NCBI GenBank assembly: GCA_001643675.2
Contig: LSRY02000047.1
Coordinates: 1-64,000 of the forward strand
Direction of reading: 5' to 3'
DNA from: Monocercomonoides exilis PA203
Lineage: Eukaryota > Protista > Preaxostyla
DNA length: 64,000 nt
The position numbers and the translations under genes are program-made. Below the pieces are notes generated by a model that saw only the letters and a list, made by a program, of their open reading frames with translations, had not been told where the DNA came from and made no database searches. This document shows positions 28,586-42,600 of this stretch, piece by piece; positions within the stretch are counted from its first letter, which is position 1; every line of letters starts with the position of its first letter.

Positions 28586-31500
28586 TTACATATCATTGTT
28601 GTTATCGTTTTCTCCATTTTTTTGTTCATTTGAACCCGTCTTGAAAACAGCGTCTGCAAAGGTGATGTCTTCATCGGTGAAGTGCATGTCAAATAACGAA
28701 ATAAGCTTCCTCTTCCCAACTGCTTTCACTGCATCGTTCTTTGAGCGAAGCTGGTCTCCAATCAGTGTTAGCCTTTGTCTCAATAGTAAATGCTCTCTTT
28801 TGTGCTTTTCAATCCCAGCATAATTCTTCGCAACCATTTCTCTTTCCTCCTCATTGAATACTGCCAATGCTGTTGATGAAAGCTGATAGAATGCTGACAC
28901 CACAGTTTCAAAATCATCATTTTGGTTAATTGAAGTGAGAAGTTGCTGGGCAGTATCAAGAACTGCTTCTCTTCCTTTGTCAAATGATTCATGACCTGTG
29001 ATCATCGAAGACATCATTTCAATCTCTTTTTCACCTTCTGCAATTGGGAGCAATTTACGCAACTTTCCAGACACGCTCTCAATAAACGAGATTTCTCCAA
29101 TCCAGATCAGCCCGTTTCCAAACATAGAAATAAGAAACAGAACGCATAAGCACACGACAACAATAATCAAAATAGCAACTGAATCCTGTACTTCTTTCTT
29201 TCCAGATTCTAAAATCATATTTGTCATTCTGTTTATGCCTCCAACAATATCATTTCGAAGAGCATTCAAAATAAATCGCGCTTCTGAAGTGAGAAATGTG
29301 ATTTCTGAAACATCCATCTTGGAAATTCTCTCCAGATTAATTCTCATTCTAGACAAAAGGGAATTGAGTCCATAAATGGTTCCTCTTATTCCATACATTC
29401 GATTTGATTCCGCCTGAGAACAATCTTCAGAATCTGCAAGATAGCAATCTGCCTTTTGCAGCAAAGTCTCGTGATTAAACTCAGTTGACATGCGTTCAAC
29501 AGAAATTGTATCGTACGTGTAATCGTTTGCGTGCGTGTAATCTGAGTCTCCAAATTGAACATCAAGATGAACTGCTTCGAAGTAATTTGACATCGGAACA
29601 AGCATGTCTCGGGCAGTGATTTGAGAGCCTGAGCAATGGGAAGAGTTGTACATGACCGGATTGTATGACCTCGGGAAAAAGATGCTTTGATCTGTTTTAA
29701 GCATAGGTATTGGCTGGAGAATGGATGTGAGCAAAAACTGGATCTGGAACAGAATCGAAGCACGCATTCCAGATAAGATGATGTTGGCAGAAGTTGGCTT
29801 GAATTTAGTAACATAGACGCATACCAGAGTAATTGTTGCAGCCGTCGTTACAACGCCAAGGGCTGCTGACAGAATTATGGCAACTTTGATTTTTGTGGTG
29901 ATCGGACTTGGTAATTGTTTGTATGCGGCTTCGTGCTTCTCTATTTCCTTCTCCATTTGCTCTTCCCAAGCTGCATCCTCAACTGCATTTCTGACCAATC
30001 CCATCAGTTTGTTTTTTTCTGATTCCTCGCTGTCATCATCATCTAAATTGTATTTTGCATCAATAACTCCATTTTGTTGTGCCTGTACAGGTGTTCCATT
30101 AATATCTGATGTGCTTTGCTCACTTTTCATCGAGTGATCTTTCGCTGTAGGAGTCATTGGTGATTTTTCAACCTGTGGAAACGCATTCTGACTTAATAAC
30201 AATGCTTTGTTCGACATATACAGATTTGGAGACGAAAGACGAGGTGTACTATGCATCGAATTTAAATTAAATCCAGATTCACATTCCGATGCTGAGTGTT
30301 GCATGGATAATGAGCTTGTAGAAAGTTGTCCGAAATTCAATTGATTTCCATTCCCAGAGTAGAGAGAAGGGTAAATCAAAGGTGAGTGAGCAAAGTTGGA
30401 AGTATCATCGTCATGATCAACGATAAGTGGTTTGCTCATTTGAATCACAGATAGCGAGTTTCCTCCTATCAAAGGATGAAACGATATCAGTGATGAACTT
30501 GAATTCGTGATTGCTTTCGTTTCTGCCATTCCGAAATCTTCAGAATTTTTTGCTGCTTCAAGCTCCTGATATGCACTTTCTATCGCGTTAGTATTTATTG
30601 GCGAAATATCATCTTGCGATTTCATCGATAGTTGTTGTGTTGGCATTGAATTTACGTTGATTTCAGCAAGACTCGAACTGCTAAGATGAAAAGTCTGTAT
30701 AGAATTATTCCCGTTATTCTTTGAAAAATCGTTATGGGCTCCTTCATCTGCTCCTTCGTGAGAAGCCGATGCACCTGGATCTTCCAAGAATTCTCCTTTG
30801 CTGTCGCAGTTTCCTTCGTACTGCTTCATTTCCTGATCATCGCTCGTTGCAATGTTAATTGCAAAATCGTCCACTTCCTCTTCGTCTCTCAAAAGTCTGC
30901 GAATGACACTTTGCATCTTGTTCTTTGGAACATCCAGCAACGTTTGATAAGCCCTCATCCGATTTCGAACAGTCTTTTTGGTAAATATGATAAAGAGTGC
31001 AAACAGAGCAATGGTTAGAGGTGGAAGGCAAACAGCAATTATGATAGAAAAGGCAGTAATAATTTGAGTGCATTCTGTGTTCATTAACCCAAAGTAGTAA
31101 ATAATAACTCTTTTTGCTCCATCTAATATTGGTACGGGGCAATTGAACACCAAATATTGTATGTTTGGAATGTATTCAGGGTCTTGAGGGCGAGAAGATA
31201 TATTTGAAAGACGCAGATGATGCGTAATCTGTGAAATTGTAGCAAGAACCTCCAACATCGACGACGAACTGAGGATTTGTGTTTTGGTGTCGATCACCTC
31301 CGTTGTTTCACCACCCTGTGTCTCGTTCTTTGTAGTAATTATGAAAAAATACGTGCTGATATCAGCTGTCTCCCACACCTCCAAATTTGATGTCGATTGA
31401 TGAATGTCTCCAAGCATTGTCGCCAAATTGTCTGAGGTATCCTCAAGCATCTTCATCAGATCTTTCTTTTGAATCATTCCTGATGGCCAATCATCCATCT

Positions 31501-33698
31501 TTGGTGGATCGGAGAAGTTGTATCTTTGATCATACACAAAGAAGTTGTACCCGATTGCTGCTGAGCGAGCAGTGTGGTACGATAAGTCGCACACGTTCCT
31601 AAGAATATCTAAATTGTTCTGATATGTGTTCGTCATAACGACATAAACAACTAATGCAACTATAAGTGCAATGATATCAATAAAATGTAAAGATATAACT
31701 GTGGCTTTTAGCAAAATCATGTTGCTTGCACGATTCCCATTTGCACCGCGTCCGCCCATCATTAGATCGACAATTGCTGCATCTTTCTTCTTCTTCCTCC
31801 TCTTCTTCTTATTCGACATGTGATGCCTTCTGACTTCGTTCGAGGAATGCTGCCAGTGCTTCTCGCTTCTTGCAAGAGATTCTTGATCTCCATCTAAATG
31901 CAGTGCATCACAAGAAGAAGGATCTGTTCCATCTTTGCCATCCGCTCCTTTATCGGCATTTGTACCCTCATAAACACTCCCAGCAGTCACTTCAAAGTTA
32001 CCACGTCTAACTGTTCGAATGTTATTATTTTCAAATTCTGCTTTGTAATCGCCTCTTGCACTCATTTTTCCATTTCCATTTTCTTCGCCTTTCTGATCGC
32101 CAGCTTCGTATTCCTCGCCCGTTCCAAACGAAGCTTCATGAAGTCCCATTGTGTGTGTGTGTGACATTGATTCACTGGATCCAACTGATTCCTCTTCAAT
32201 CAGATCTGCTCGATTCAGAATTAACTCTGCCTCGTCCTCTTCGTTGTAGATGTCCAACAGCAGACGTGCATATCTCCGCAGCACCTCAGAATTTTGTCCG
32301 TGTGATGCAATCAGCTCTTCATAACTCTTTCGCGCAACGCCTTCGTTCTTTGCAATAGAATTCAGAAAAACTGGAATCATCTTGTAATCCGGCTGGATTA
32401 CTGTCATATTCTCGAAAAAGTCCTTCATTGCGCTCACAGCAAGCTCGTGATGCTTCTCTGCCTTTGCCAGAAGAGACGTAAAGGCAAACGAATTCATATC
32501 GCCTGTTCCGTTCCTGTTGTCTCCGTTTGTTCTTCCTCCATTCTCTTTGGCCTTGCAGAACAGAACAAAGTTCAAAAACAAGTTTGGAGACAGCGTTCGT
32601 GCTTTTTGGATGAGAGTATTAGCCTTAATGTAGTTTTTACGATACGCAGATAGAAATGAAGCATACTGGAAGCACAGCATGCAATTGTTCATGTTCGTCT
32701 TCAGTGCGTGTGTGTACACGTAATCCGCAAATGTCAAATGCATCATCGAATTGTATTCTTTCTGTTGAATAAAGCGAAGCGATGCCTCCACTCTTTCTGG
32801 CTTCTTCAGAGGAGGCAGAGCCAATGAAGGATTTTTCGTGCAAATGTCTGACAGCTGGTTGCCAAAAGCTGTTAAGAGATACTTCTTCTCTCTCATCTTT
32901 CGACCAATCTTAGGCAGCAGTACAACACACACAACAATACCAGCTATCAGCGCAAGTGCTTGAAGCACAATTGTGACAATCCAATTATGCGTTGCTCCTT
33001 CAATTGCATACACAATTTCATCAATAAGCCTCAAGCACCCAAATAAGCACCATTTGCTACCCATCAGAAGGTTTCCGCTAAGTTTGTATATCGGCTGAAT
33101 ATACACAAAATATATTATCATCGCCAGAGAAGTCCCAACAGTTACAACTCCACGCCAGAAAGGCCATTCAATCAGTGTTCTCATCGCAAACACACAACCA
33201 AACACAAGAGACGAGTCCACTGCTTGCCACTGCCCGCTTGGAGACGACCACAACCCTCCGTGCTTAGGATTGTGGTTGTATATCATATTGTTTATTAAAA
33301 ATGAAGATATCAATTGAAAACACAGCACAACCACTGATATATCAAATCCCAAAATCGACAAAAAACCGCTTAAGCAAGTGCCTTCAGATTCCCGACGAAT
33401 CATTTGCCCTCCGTATTCATAGCAATCAAAAGCTGTAATGCATATTGAAGTAAATGGAATAAACAAGATCGTGTATGTAACATTCACAATCCAACGCAAA
33501 AGTGAAATAACCCATGGCTGAGAACCAGAAATAGCTCCTTGAAAAATGGCTACAGATACCAAATACACAACGAGCAATACAAAATATGCAGCGCATCCCA
33601 TTAACACAAACGAAATTGATGTCCCAGCAAGATATCCAAGGGATGATCCATCAAGATAGCACAAGTACTGGTGAAGTTTACGTCAAGCAAAATCCATT

Positions 33699-33791
<93 letters not shown>

Positions 33792-34108
33792 CATTTTACA
33801 AAACACAGAAAATGAATTTTTATTGCTAATTCGATTAATAAAAGAAAAAACTGGCAAACCTTTGAAATTCTATTTACTTCTTGCGTAGAGGTGTCGATTC
33901 GAAAGAAACTAAGTGTAACCATTTGGAGCACTGTAACTGCCCATATGAAGATTTCCCAAGTTTTACTCGGATGCTTCGGTTGGTCGTAAAGAGGAAAAAA
34001 TAACGAAAAAACAACTGTTTCCAGTTTATTGAAACCTTCCGCTTGAGAATATTCACTCATCGCTCCACTGGAGGTTGAACACATCGACATACTCTCTTCA
34101 TTCGTCAT
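28586..34108 (-). CDS. Large multi-pass membrane protein, TmcB/TmcC-like, with a C-terminal hemerythrin-like domain; 2 exons (34108-33860, 33667-28586)
   Basis: N-terminal TM bundle, TPR-like segment (YARLLLDIYNEEDEAELILNRAD), paired internal TMs, C-terminal FNEEEREM...HKREH...HFTDED; phase-0 GT...CAG intron containing the CA microsatellite. Confidence 0.75.
33702..33788. repeat. (TG)n microsatellite inside the intron
   Basis: Direct reading. Confidence 0.95.
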
Positions 34109-35791
34109 TTTTAATATCTGTCTTTAAAATGACGTATGAATCAATCAAAACGTTTCGCTGATGATCCTATTGCCATAATTTTAATTAACAAAAACTTTTT
34201 TGTGCACTTGGTTGGTGATTCAAATTTCTCATCAGCTTCGATTTAAATTTTTAACGTTTCGTAGCTTGATAGAAAAGAAATTCCATATTATGTCATTTAT
34301 GAGTGTTTTGTCTTTTGTGGTGAATTTATCTTTCATGATCATTTGTGCGAAAATTTTTGGATAAAAAAGAAAGAATCTCACATGTTGATCTTACAGTTTA
34401 TCTTGCAAATCCTCGCGATTGCAATTGTCCAATTGCGTCTTGCAAATTGAAAAATTGAACAAGATTTCTTCTGAAGAAAGACTTTGAGAATTTGTTTAAC
34501 ATCAATTTTATACAAAATATTATCATTGCTTTATAACATTGAACAACTAATAGCAGACTGCAACTTTGATAAATATGTTTTTGTTGAACTTTTTGAAAAC
34601 ATATCACGATAAAGGATGCCTAGAAGACTGTTTAATTTTGAAGGTTTGTTCAATATTTCTCATTTTTTTTCAACTTTTGATTGATTATGTATAAAATGAT
34701 TTTGTGTGGTTTTGAGAACAGAAGACGAAAATCATTGAAAATGAATAAAAGCGGGAAATCTCCTTATATGGAATGAATATCGAATTCGAGCAGGATGATT
34801 TTTTAAAGACTGTGAGTGATAAATGAATTGGATGGAAATGATGCAGGTAATATTAAGATGAATGAATGAGAGAAGAAGAGTAAAAATGACAGGAAAGACA
34901 GTTTGCGATGAACAAATTGAATGAAGATGAATGAAGAAAGAAAAAAAGAAAAAAAGCCAAACAATCGATAGGAAAGGCAGATAGCTGGTCATTTCACGTT
35001 GTAACGACATTGCTTTTTTTCGCTAGAACAGCTTATCCGACAACTCTGTTCTTTGCATCAAAGGAAAACTTGACTTAGTGCAACTATGGTTTTCCTCGTT
35101 ATGATCAAAGTTGCAAAAAACTATCTGGGTTCTCTCGTTTTGGTATATGTGACCAAGCTGCAAATCCTTGCGCAGCTGGAGTTAATCATCAAAGATAGAC
35201 ATATGATCATCTGCTTTTAATGTCCTGCTTGATAGTCCAGGTTAATGCAGCAAGAATTTATCCGAGTCGCTTTTTGCCTCTTGTGAATGTGATTGATTAA
35301 TTGAAATTGTTTGTTGGAGAAAATGAAACTGTAAAAAGTGGACGAGAAGAAGTAGTTGGAATGCGTTGGAATTAAATATAAGAGCTGCGTTTAAAAAATT
35401 ACACTTTTACAGCTCTATTCAATTCTTGAAACATAAAATTATTTGTTATTTAATTTTTTTCATTCTTTTCAACTTTGACAAAAGCAAATAACATTTCAAT
35501 TATTATTTGGAAAAAACAAGAACTAATATTTTATAAAGGAGTTTTTGTTTTCATTTTCAATGAAAAAGACAGTGTTGTTATTTTGGAAAATATTTTTGAA
35601 TTTTTGAAAAAAACTGTGTTTTGTTACAAAATTTTTCTCCTGCTTTATCATTATAAGTCTTTCATTTCCATGTCAAGAAAATACAGAAAAATTAAAAAAA
35701 TGAGAAATAGGTTCGAATATTCAGGACGGAACAAAATTCATTTAGCAAAAAATATCATCCCATTTCTTTTATTCACCCGTAATTAAATTTA

Positions 35792-37246
35792 ATGAAGTTA
35801 ATTTGTCTTGGAACTGGGTTTTGCAATCATATATTCTGTATTATTGATGTTTCTATTTAAACAGAGCGCCGCTTCCTTCAGAAAAGCGAAATCCTTCATC
35901 GTACGCGCTGAAGTTTCCTGATGAAAGCATTTGGATTTTTGATTGTGGAGAAGGATGCGCTCTTTCTCTTCAAAAGCAATCTCAAATCAATGTTAATAAC
36001 ATAAAAGCTATTTACATTACGCATCTCCATAATGATCACGTTATAGGGCTTTTTTCGCTTCTTTTGTTGCTCCACAAGGACACAAAGATAAAATCCTTAG
36101 ATATTGTTGGCCCGATGGGGATATACGAACTTATTGACACGGTATTCCGTCTTACGCATGGCTATGTTGGATTCCATCTCAACATCATTGAGCTTGTATG
36201 AACTTCAAATTTCAATGTTAAAAAATATTTTTTTTTTTTCGATTTCGATTTTGATATTGATTTTGTTTGTTAATTGGGTGTATCATAGCCGGGAGATGAG
36301 CAAACAGTTTTATCGCCTAGAGTTGCTGCTATTGCTCCGCTTGAGCACATTCAAGAATATTCATTTCCAGTTGTAGCTTTTCCATTATCACACGAAATTC
36401 GCTCATTTGGATATATATTGGACTTACCGTTGAGTCTTTGCGAAAATCCATTAGTTCATTCAACAATGGAGGGGAAATATCACAGATTACTGATTTGTGG
36501 AGATAATGGCGTAGGATTTGGTAGAGAGGCTGGTTCATACAAACCAATTGGAGATAAACTTTCTTCTTCATCTCTTTTGCAAACAATTTCTTGTGCTGAT
36601 GGAGCTTGCGCTTCATCTTCTGCAACTCCGAGTTCATCAATGCCTGTTAGTTCATCTTCTGCTGAGGTGAAATGCAGCATACACAACATTAAACGAGACG
36701 AAGAGCATCCGCACAAGATCAGGCCACAAATTAGTCAGATTGTATATCCAGAATGTCTTTCCTCATTGAAGATTCCTGATAGCATGCTCTGCCTTCCGCC
36801 TTCTCCAGCACCAACTGCTGAATATGGTTATCAACCACCGCTGTTTGCTGGTGATAGAGGAGACTGGGAAAGGATCGTCCGAATGTGCACTCCGGTTGAC
36901 ACGCTGCTTCACGAAGCAACACATTCAGTTACAAAGCTGAAGGTTCCAGAAAGAATGGGGCATTCTTCGTCCGTCATTGCTGCTCAGAGGGCAAATGAAA
37001 TAAAAGCAAAAAGGCTGATTATTACACATTTTCCGTTTGCATTTATTTTTTTTTTGAAATATATTTTCTCCTCTTTTCATTTTAATTATCGTTGAATAAA
37101 TTTTCCACCTGTTTTTAATCATTAGAAGAACAACTCAATTTAGCGAAGGGGGAATTGAAATGCTCGCTCAAGAAGCACGAAGTGCTCTCAACAGTTCTGC
37201 TGAACTGATAGTGGCTGAAGACGGACTTACAATTAATTTATTTTAA
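35792..37246 (+). CDS. Ribonuclease Z family (short form, ELAC1/Rnz-like) metallo-beta-lactamase; multi-exon
   Basis: Spliced reading MKLICLGTG/APLPSEKRNPSS...IFDCGEG...YITHLHNDH (HxHxDH)...ICGD...LLHEAT...GHSS...RLIITHF...VAEDG; several short GT-AG introns, boundaries approximate. Confidence 0.85.
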
Positions 37247-38077
37247 TTGAGATTTAATGTTTTTATTGATTTATTGAAATTTTGTTTTGTTGTTTGTGAT
37301 GCATGTTATTGCTTTGATAGTAAATTTGTTATTAAACTTTATTCTTTGAAATGTGAAGAATAATGAGAGAAAAGACAAACCCTTGCATGTGATTTTAAAT
37401 GAGAAGTTTTTTGTTTTTCTTTTTTGTTGTTCTTTTTTGTTTTTCTTTTCTTTTATATTTTATTCAAGCAAAGATTTATAATTAATATTTCTCAATGGGA
37501 TTAGAAGTTTATAAGTTTCAGCATTTTGAGGTTTAATATTCGATAAAGATTGTGATAAAAATACAGGACATTGAAAAAAATCAGGCACGATATTTTTTTT
37601 TTCAAATCAAGTTTTGAAAACAAATTCACAAGTTTCTCAAACATACGTGGAAAAAAAATCCTAAAAAGATTTTTCTCAGTCTTAGAAAATTTTTCGAGCC
37701 AAATAACAATTATCGCAGGTGCAAAAATAATTCAAGTTCAAGAGAATATATTTTAATTCAACATCTTTTTAAAATATTCTAATTTTCTGTATAAGCTCAA
37801 AATAATGTGTTTCTCCGAATACTTTTTTGAAGGCTTTGAAGCTTCAAAAGCAAGTCTTGGACTTTCAAACTTTGTGATTTTTTTTCTTTTTTTTAGGATC
37901 AGAAAACAAACTTATTTTACAATTTCAGATCATTTTTTGGATTTGAAAATTTGAACCAATCTTCCAAAAATCAGTATTTTTTTAAAGATTGCAAAACAGG
38001 GAAACACTGTTTGATGTTCTGCTTTTTTATTTTCAATAATATTATTGAACATGATCATTTTTTTTTATTATAATCTT

Positions 38078-38475
38078 TTGCCAACATTCAGTTATCGTAT
38101 AAAACACCGGGCATATCATAAAATTCCTGACAAGATCGATTTCACAATAACTGCATGATGAATAATTCTGACAATTTTCCTCAAAATATATCTCATCAAT
38201 TCAAACTCACATGACATACAAGACTTTCAGGACAGCTTCATTTGTGCTCTTAGAAAATTATTTTTTAAATCTCGGAGAATCTCAAAATACTATTTCTCCG
38301 AGATTTCGATATATATATTTTTTTGAGCACTAATGAAGCTGTCCTGAAAGTCTTGTAAGTTACGTGAGTTTGTATTGATGAGATGTATTTTGAGGAAAAT
38401 TGTCAAAATTATTCCTCATGCAGTTATTGTGAAATCGATCTTGTCAGGAATTTTATGCGATAACTGTATTAGCAA
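38078..38475. repeat. Long imperfect palindrome (foldback/MITE-like element)
   Basis: CATAAAATTCCTGACAAGATCGATTTCACAATAACTGCATG (from 38117) is the reverse complement of ...CATGCAGTTATTGTGAAATCGATCTTGTCAGGAATTTTATG (ending 38457); pairing continues inward to a loop near 38285. Confidence 0.85.
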
Positions 38476-39697
38476 TCGAAAAAAGAAATTCTCCAAATCT
38501 TAAAAAAAAAAATGGAACAGAAAAATATATGTGAATATTTGAATCATTTCTCAATTTCTTTTATTTGAATTTTCAAATCGTTCAATTTTTCTTTTCTTAA
38601 CAATGAACGGAATCTCTGGACATTTCTTCTCACTTCTTATTCTTTTGAAATAAGGGGGGGGGGGGGGGGGGGAATGGACTTTCAAGCTTTTTTTTTTTTT
38701 TGCACAAGGTATTGATAAATTGCTTCGCTCATGACTATATTTCGCTTTCTCAGATTTTAAAATAAATTTGATTTTCATATCCGAAAACAGACATCGTTGA
38801 AATCAAAACATAAAGTTTTCCAACATTTCACGAATGTCAAAAAAAGAACCCATTTTTGTGGTGTTTTGTGTTCTGAAAAAGTCAATAAAAAGTGCATTAT
38901 TTTTCAGTGAAAATGCCTGAAGTGATAAATTTTTTCCCATGTTGAAATTTGATTTGACTTTTTGTTTGCATTTTATCAAAATAGCATGACTGTTTCAAGA
39001 AATCAGATTCATTTACATTGCTTTTATAGAGTAATTTCAAATTCATTTTGAATATTATTGTTAAAAATTAATTTAATATGCATTAAAATATACTTCGTTA
39101 TATCGAAGGGAATTAAATTCATTTATTTTTTGAAATTTGAAGTGAGATATTAAACACTTACCTAATCAATACAATACCAAAAATAAATAAAAGTTAAAAA
39201 TATTAAAAATAAAAATAAAAATATAAATTTATCATCCAATAAAACTCAAATGACCGATAATTTCAAAAATAACCACGTTGTTGTGTTTGATTATAGTAAA
39301 AGATTGAATAGAAATATAAAATAAAAGCCGAAAGAATTGAAAAAGACAGCACTCACGTTATTTAATGAGTTGCGGCAAATAAAACATAACTGGATTTTTA
39401 TACAAATGATAATAAAAATAAAATATTAAAAGAACATACAAAAATAAGAAGTGAGTTACGAATTCATTTGTCGCGCCCTTTTCACCTTTCCATATATAAA
39501 GTAATTATAAGTCAAACAAAGTTATCGTATGGTTGCAAAAATAAAAGAAAAAAAATGAATAACGAAAAATGCAAAAAAATCATTGAACAAATGAAGTGCA
39601 AGACCCTCCGCCCTCTTATGTTTTTTGATTTCGTTAAGTGGAAAGTCAATAACTGTACTTCACACAGAAATTATTGAAAATTTGAGACAGATGTATT

Positions 39698-42600
39698 TCA
39701 AATTGAAGAAGAATCGTTCGGGGTCTCGATAGTGTTATCTTGTGAGTCTTCTTCTTCTTCTTCTTCAATTTCGGTATTGCTCGTTCTTGTCGCATTTTCG
39801 CCATCTCTCACGTAATTTGATACTTCTTCAATATCAATTGCATCAGAATAAGTCAATTGAGCAGCGCCGGCTGGGAAGTGTTGGATAAATTCGCGCTTCA
39901 AGTTTGTAAGTGAAAGTCGTTCTTCTGTATTTGACGAGAGGCAAGATTTCACGATATCCTCGAACGAAGATGAAGAAAGCAAACCATAGTCCACTCTTTC
40001 ACCATTCTTTATCTTTGCTCCTGCTGTTTCGGCATCGTACTTAGCAAACGGGATCTGAAGCGTTAGGCATTCCCAAAGCATCAATCCAATTGTGAAGGAT
40101 ACACTTTTATTAGTCGCATCTCTCTTCTCAATCCATTGGAGCTCTGGAGCTTTCCATCGCAAACTTTCATTGACAATTGTCTCATCTTTAAATGTACTGG
40201 AATGCATTTTTCTCCGTTTGCTTCGTTTTCCAGACCGTCTGTCACCATCATATTCTGATACAGAACTTGAATATTCTGAAGCTGATTCCATAGAAGATGA
40301 ATCGTCGCTGTCTTCGGAAGAAAAGCCAGAGTTAAGCGCAATCACAACCACCATTTGCTCCGAGAATAGAACAACATGAGGAGAAAGAGAGTCCAAACAA
40401 GGAGAATATTCGCTATTCCGCTCGAAAGAGTGCAGAGCACCATTTGCCACCCAAAACAGAATCTGCGCAGCTGTCATTTCTCTCTGTTCCATTGTGCCTA
40501 TCGCCATCTCCTTCTTTTCATTCTTCCCGTGAAGAAGCATGAACAGCGAGTCTCTCAGATCCACAATCATCTTTTCATGAGGAGATTCGCATGCCACCCC
40601 ATCCACCAGATTCGACATGGAAGACGTAGTGGGCATCATCGACTCTACGTCCATTAACCTTGTTGTGCTCGTTTTGTCTCCAAATTCCGCTGAAAGCGTG
40701 GCTCTGCAACTTGAATCCTTTTCAGATTTTGAACTTTCTTCATCCTCTTCAGTCTCCTCTTCCACTTTCGCTATTGCCCAATCGGGAATTTCATCTGTTT
40801 CGTTAAGAAGGATTTCTTGGGTTGAACCTACTTCTGCAAGCAAGCATTGCTGAGACTCAGATGTTGCTAGCTTCTTTGCCTGATTCCGCTGCTTTCCAAA
40901 TCCAGATTCTCCTTCGCTCCTTATGCTCAGCCCCTCCCCTGTTCCAAGTCCATATGCAACCATTTCAATTTCTTTTGGATCTTTCTTCATCGTATCGCTC
41001 ACAAATACTTTAAGTTCATTTGTGTAGCGTTTTGCCTTTCGCCATCTGACAACAACAACAATGATAAATAAGATAGTCACAATCAGCAGTGACCCAACAA
41101 CGACCAACGCAACTATTATCCAAGATGGCGTCGTGGTGCTTTCCACAATTCGCTCTTTTATTTCCTCTTTCGTAATGTTCTTTATCACCTTTGACGAAGT
41201 TGAAGATGGCAAATCGGGATTTCCAAATAAAAGCGCGACTGATAATTCTGTCTGTTTAGCTGCTGAAGAAATATCTGTTGATTTAATTGTCGATATTGCC
41301 TCGTTTTCAGATATCCATCCATTGCTGTCGATCTCACGCTTTTCATATACATATTCTTCGTTGGTCTTATAAATAAGTCTTACGAAGAGATTGCAGGGCA
41401 TTAAAAGAATGCCATTCAGAGTAAGCTTTGTTTCTGCGCCTAAATCATCAACTTTGACAGACTCCAATGAAGGAATGAAAAATGGGGATGATCTTTCAGC
41501 AGCGATACCTTCCAATGAGCATTTGTCTGGCAAGACCCAAAGAGAAGAATCATCTTTAAATCCATCGCCTCCTTTCAGACTTACAATATTCAGTGTCCCA
41601 TCTCCAGAGCAAATGATGTTCCGGCGTGCTGATTTATAAGCAGGAATTGACTTGTTATTGTTCATAAATTCGCCTTTTTCTACTGTCAAAACGCCTCCGA
41701 AAACAGTAATTCCACCATCAGAAGAATTGGCAATAGAAGTCTCTTTTATTGTTACTTGGCAGTTTGTAACATCAACAAGTGATCCATTCCATTTGCATAT
41801 TTCTTCTGTAGCATCGCTGTTTGTTGCATTTCCGCTAATCTTTTCCAATCCATCAAAAACACACGCATCAATCGCAATGTTTTTGCTATTAAGCACACGT
41901 ATCTGTTTCCCTTTTGCAGCCAGGCAAGAGCAAAGACTTTGGGTGTTATTTATAAACTGAACAGACTTTTCTGTCAGACAAGATATTACTCTTCCTTCGC
42001 TTCCACCGCAGCTAACATTTGTGAAGGCGCAAAGTGAGGCTGAAAATGCTTTTTCGATCTCTGTTTCGCTGTTATCTGTTATCGGTGTCTCTCCATCCTC
42101 AAAATGTATTGCACTTCCTTCTTCGATATCAACATCCTTTAATTCTGCTTGAAGCAAACTAATAGATGCATTTCCAGTACAAGAGGCAACTGCTTTTTTA
42201 GCTCTCGAAGAGCTCACGGTTAGCTGACTTGCAGCCAGCGTATTTCCAACACAGGAAATCAAGCAATTTCCACGTAATCCTACAAAATGTACTCTGTCCA
42301 TATTTGTAGTTGTGCCTCTTTCACAACTGATAATATGATTAACAACTGAAAACTCGCTAAATGTGGATTCAGTTATTTTCAACACTCCTCCGACAACAGT
42401 AATCAAGCTTCCTTCAATCTGTGCTCCGATTTCTCTACAAACGAAGTTGCATATATTCATTCTAAGTTTGCCTTCCAATATACCAATCAAAGACGGGTGG
42501 GTAATCTTTAATGAACCGCCAAAGTCAAAAGCAACGTTGTCTACCTGCACATTTTCTTTTGTTGTAATTGCAAAATTTCTTTCAGCACTTTTCTCAATCG

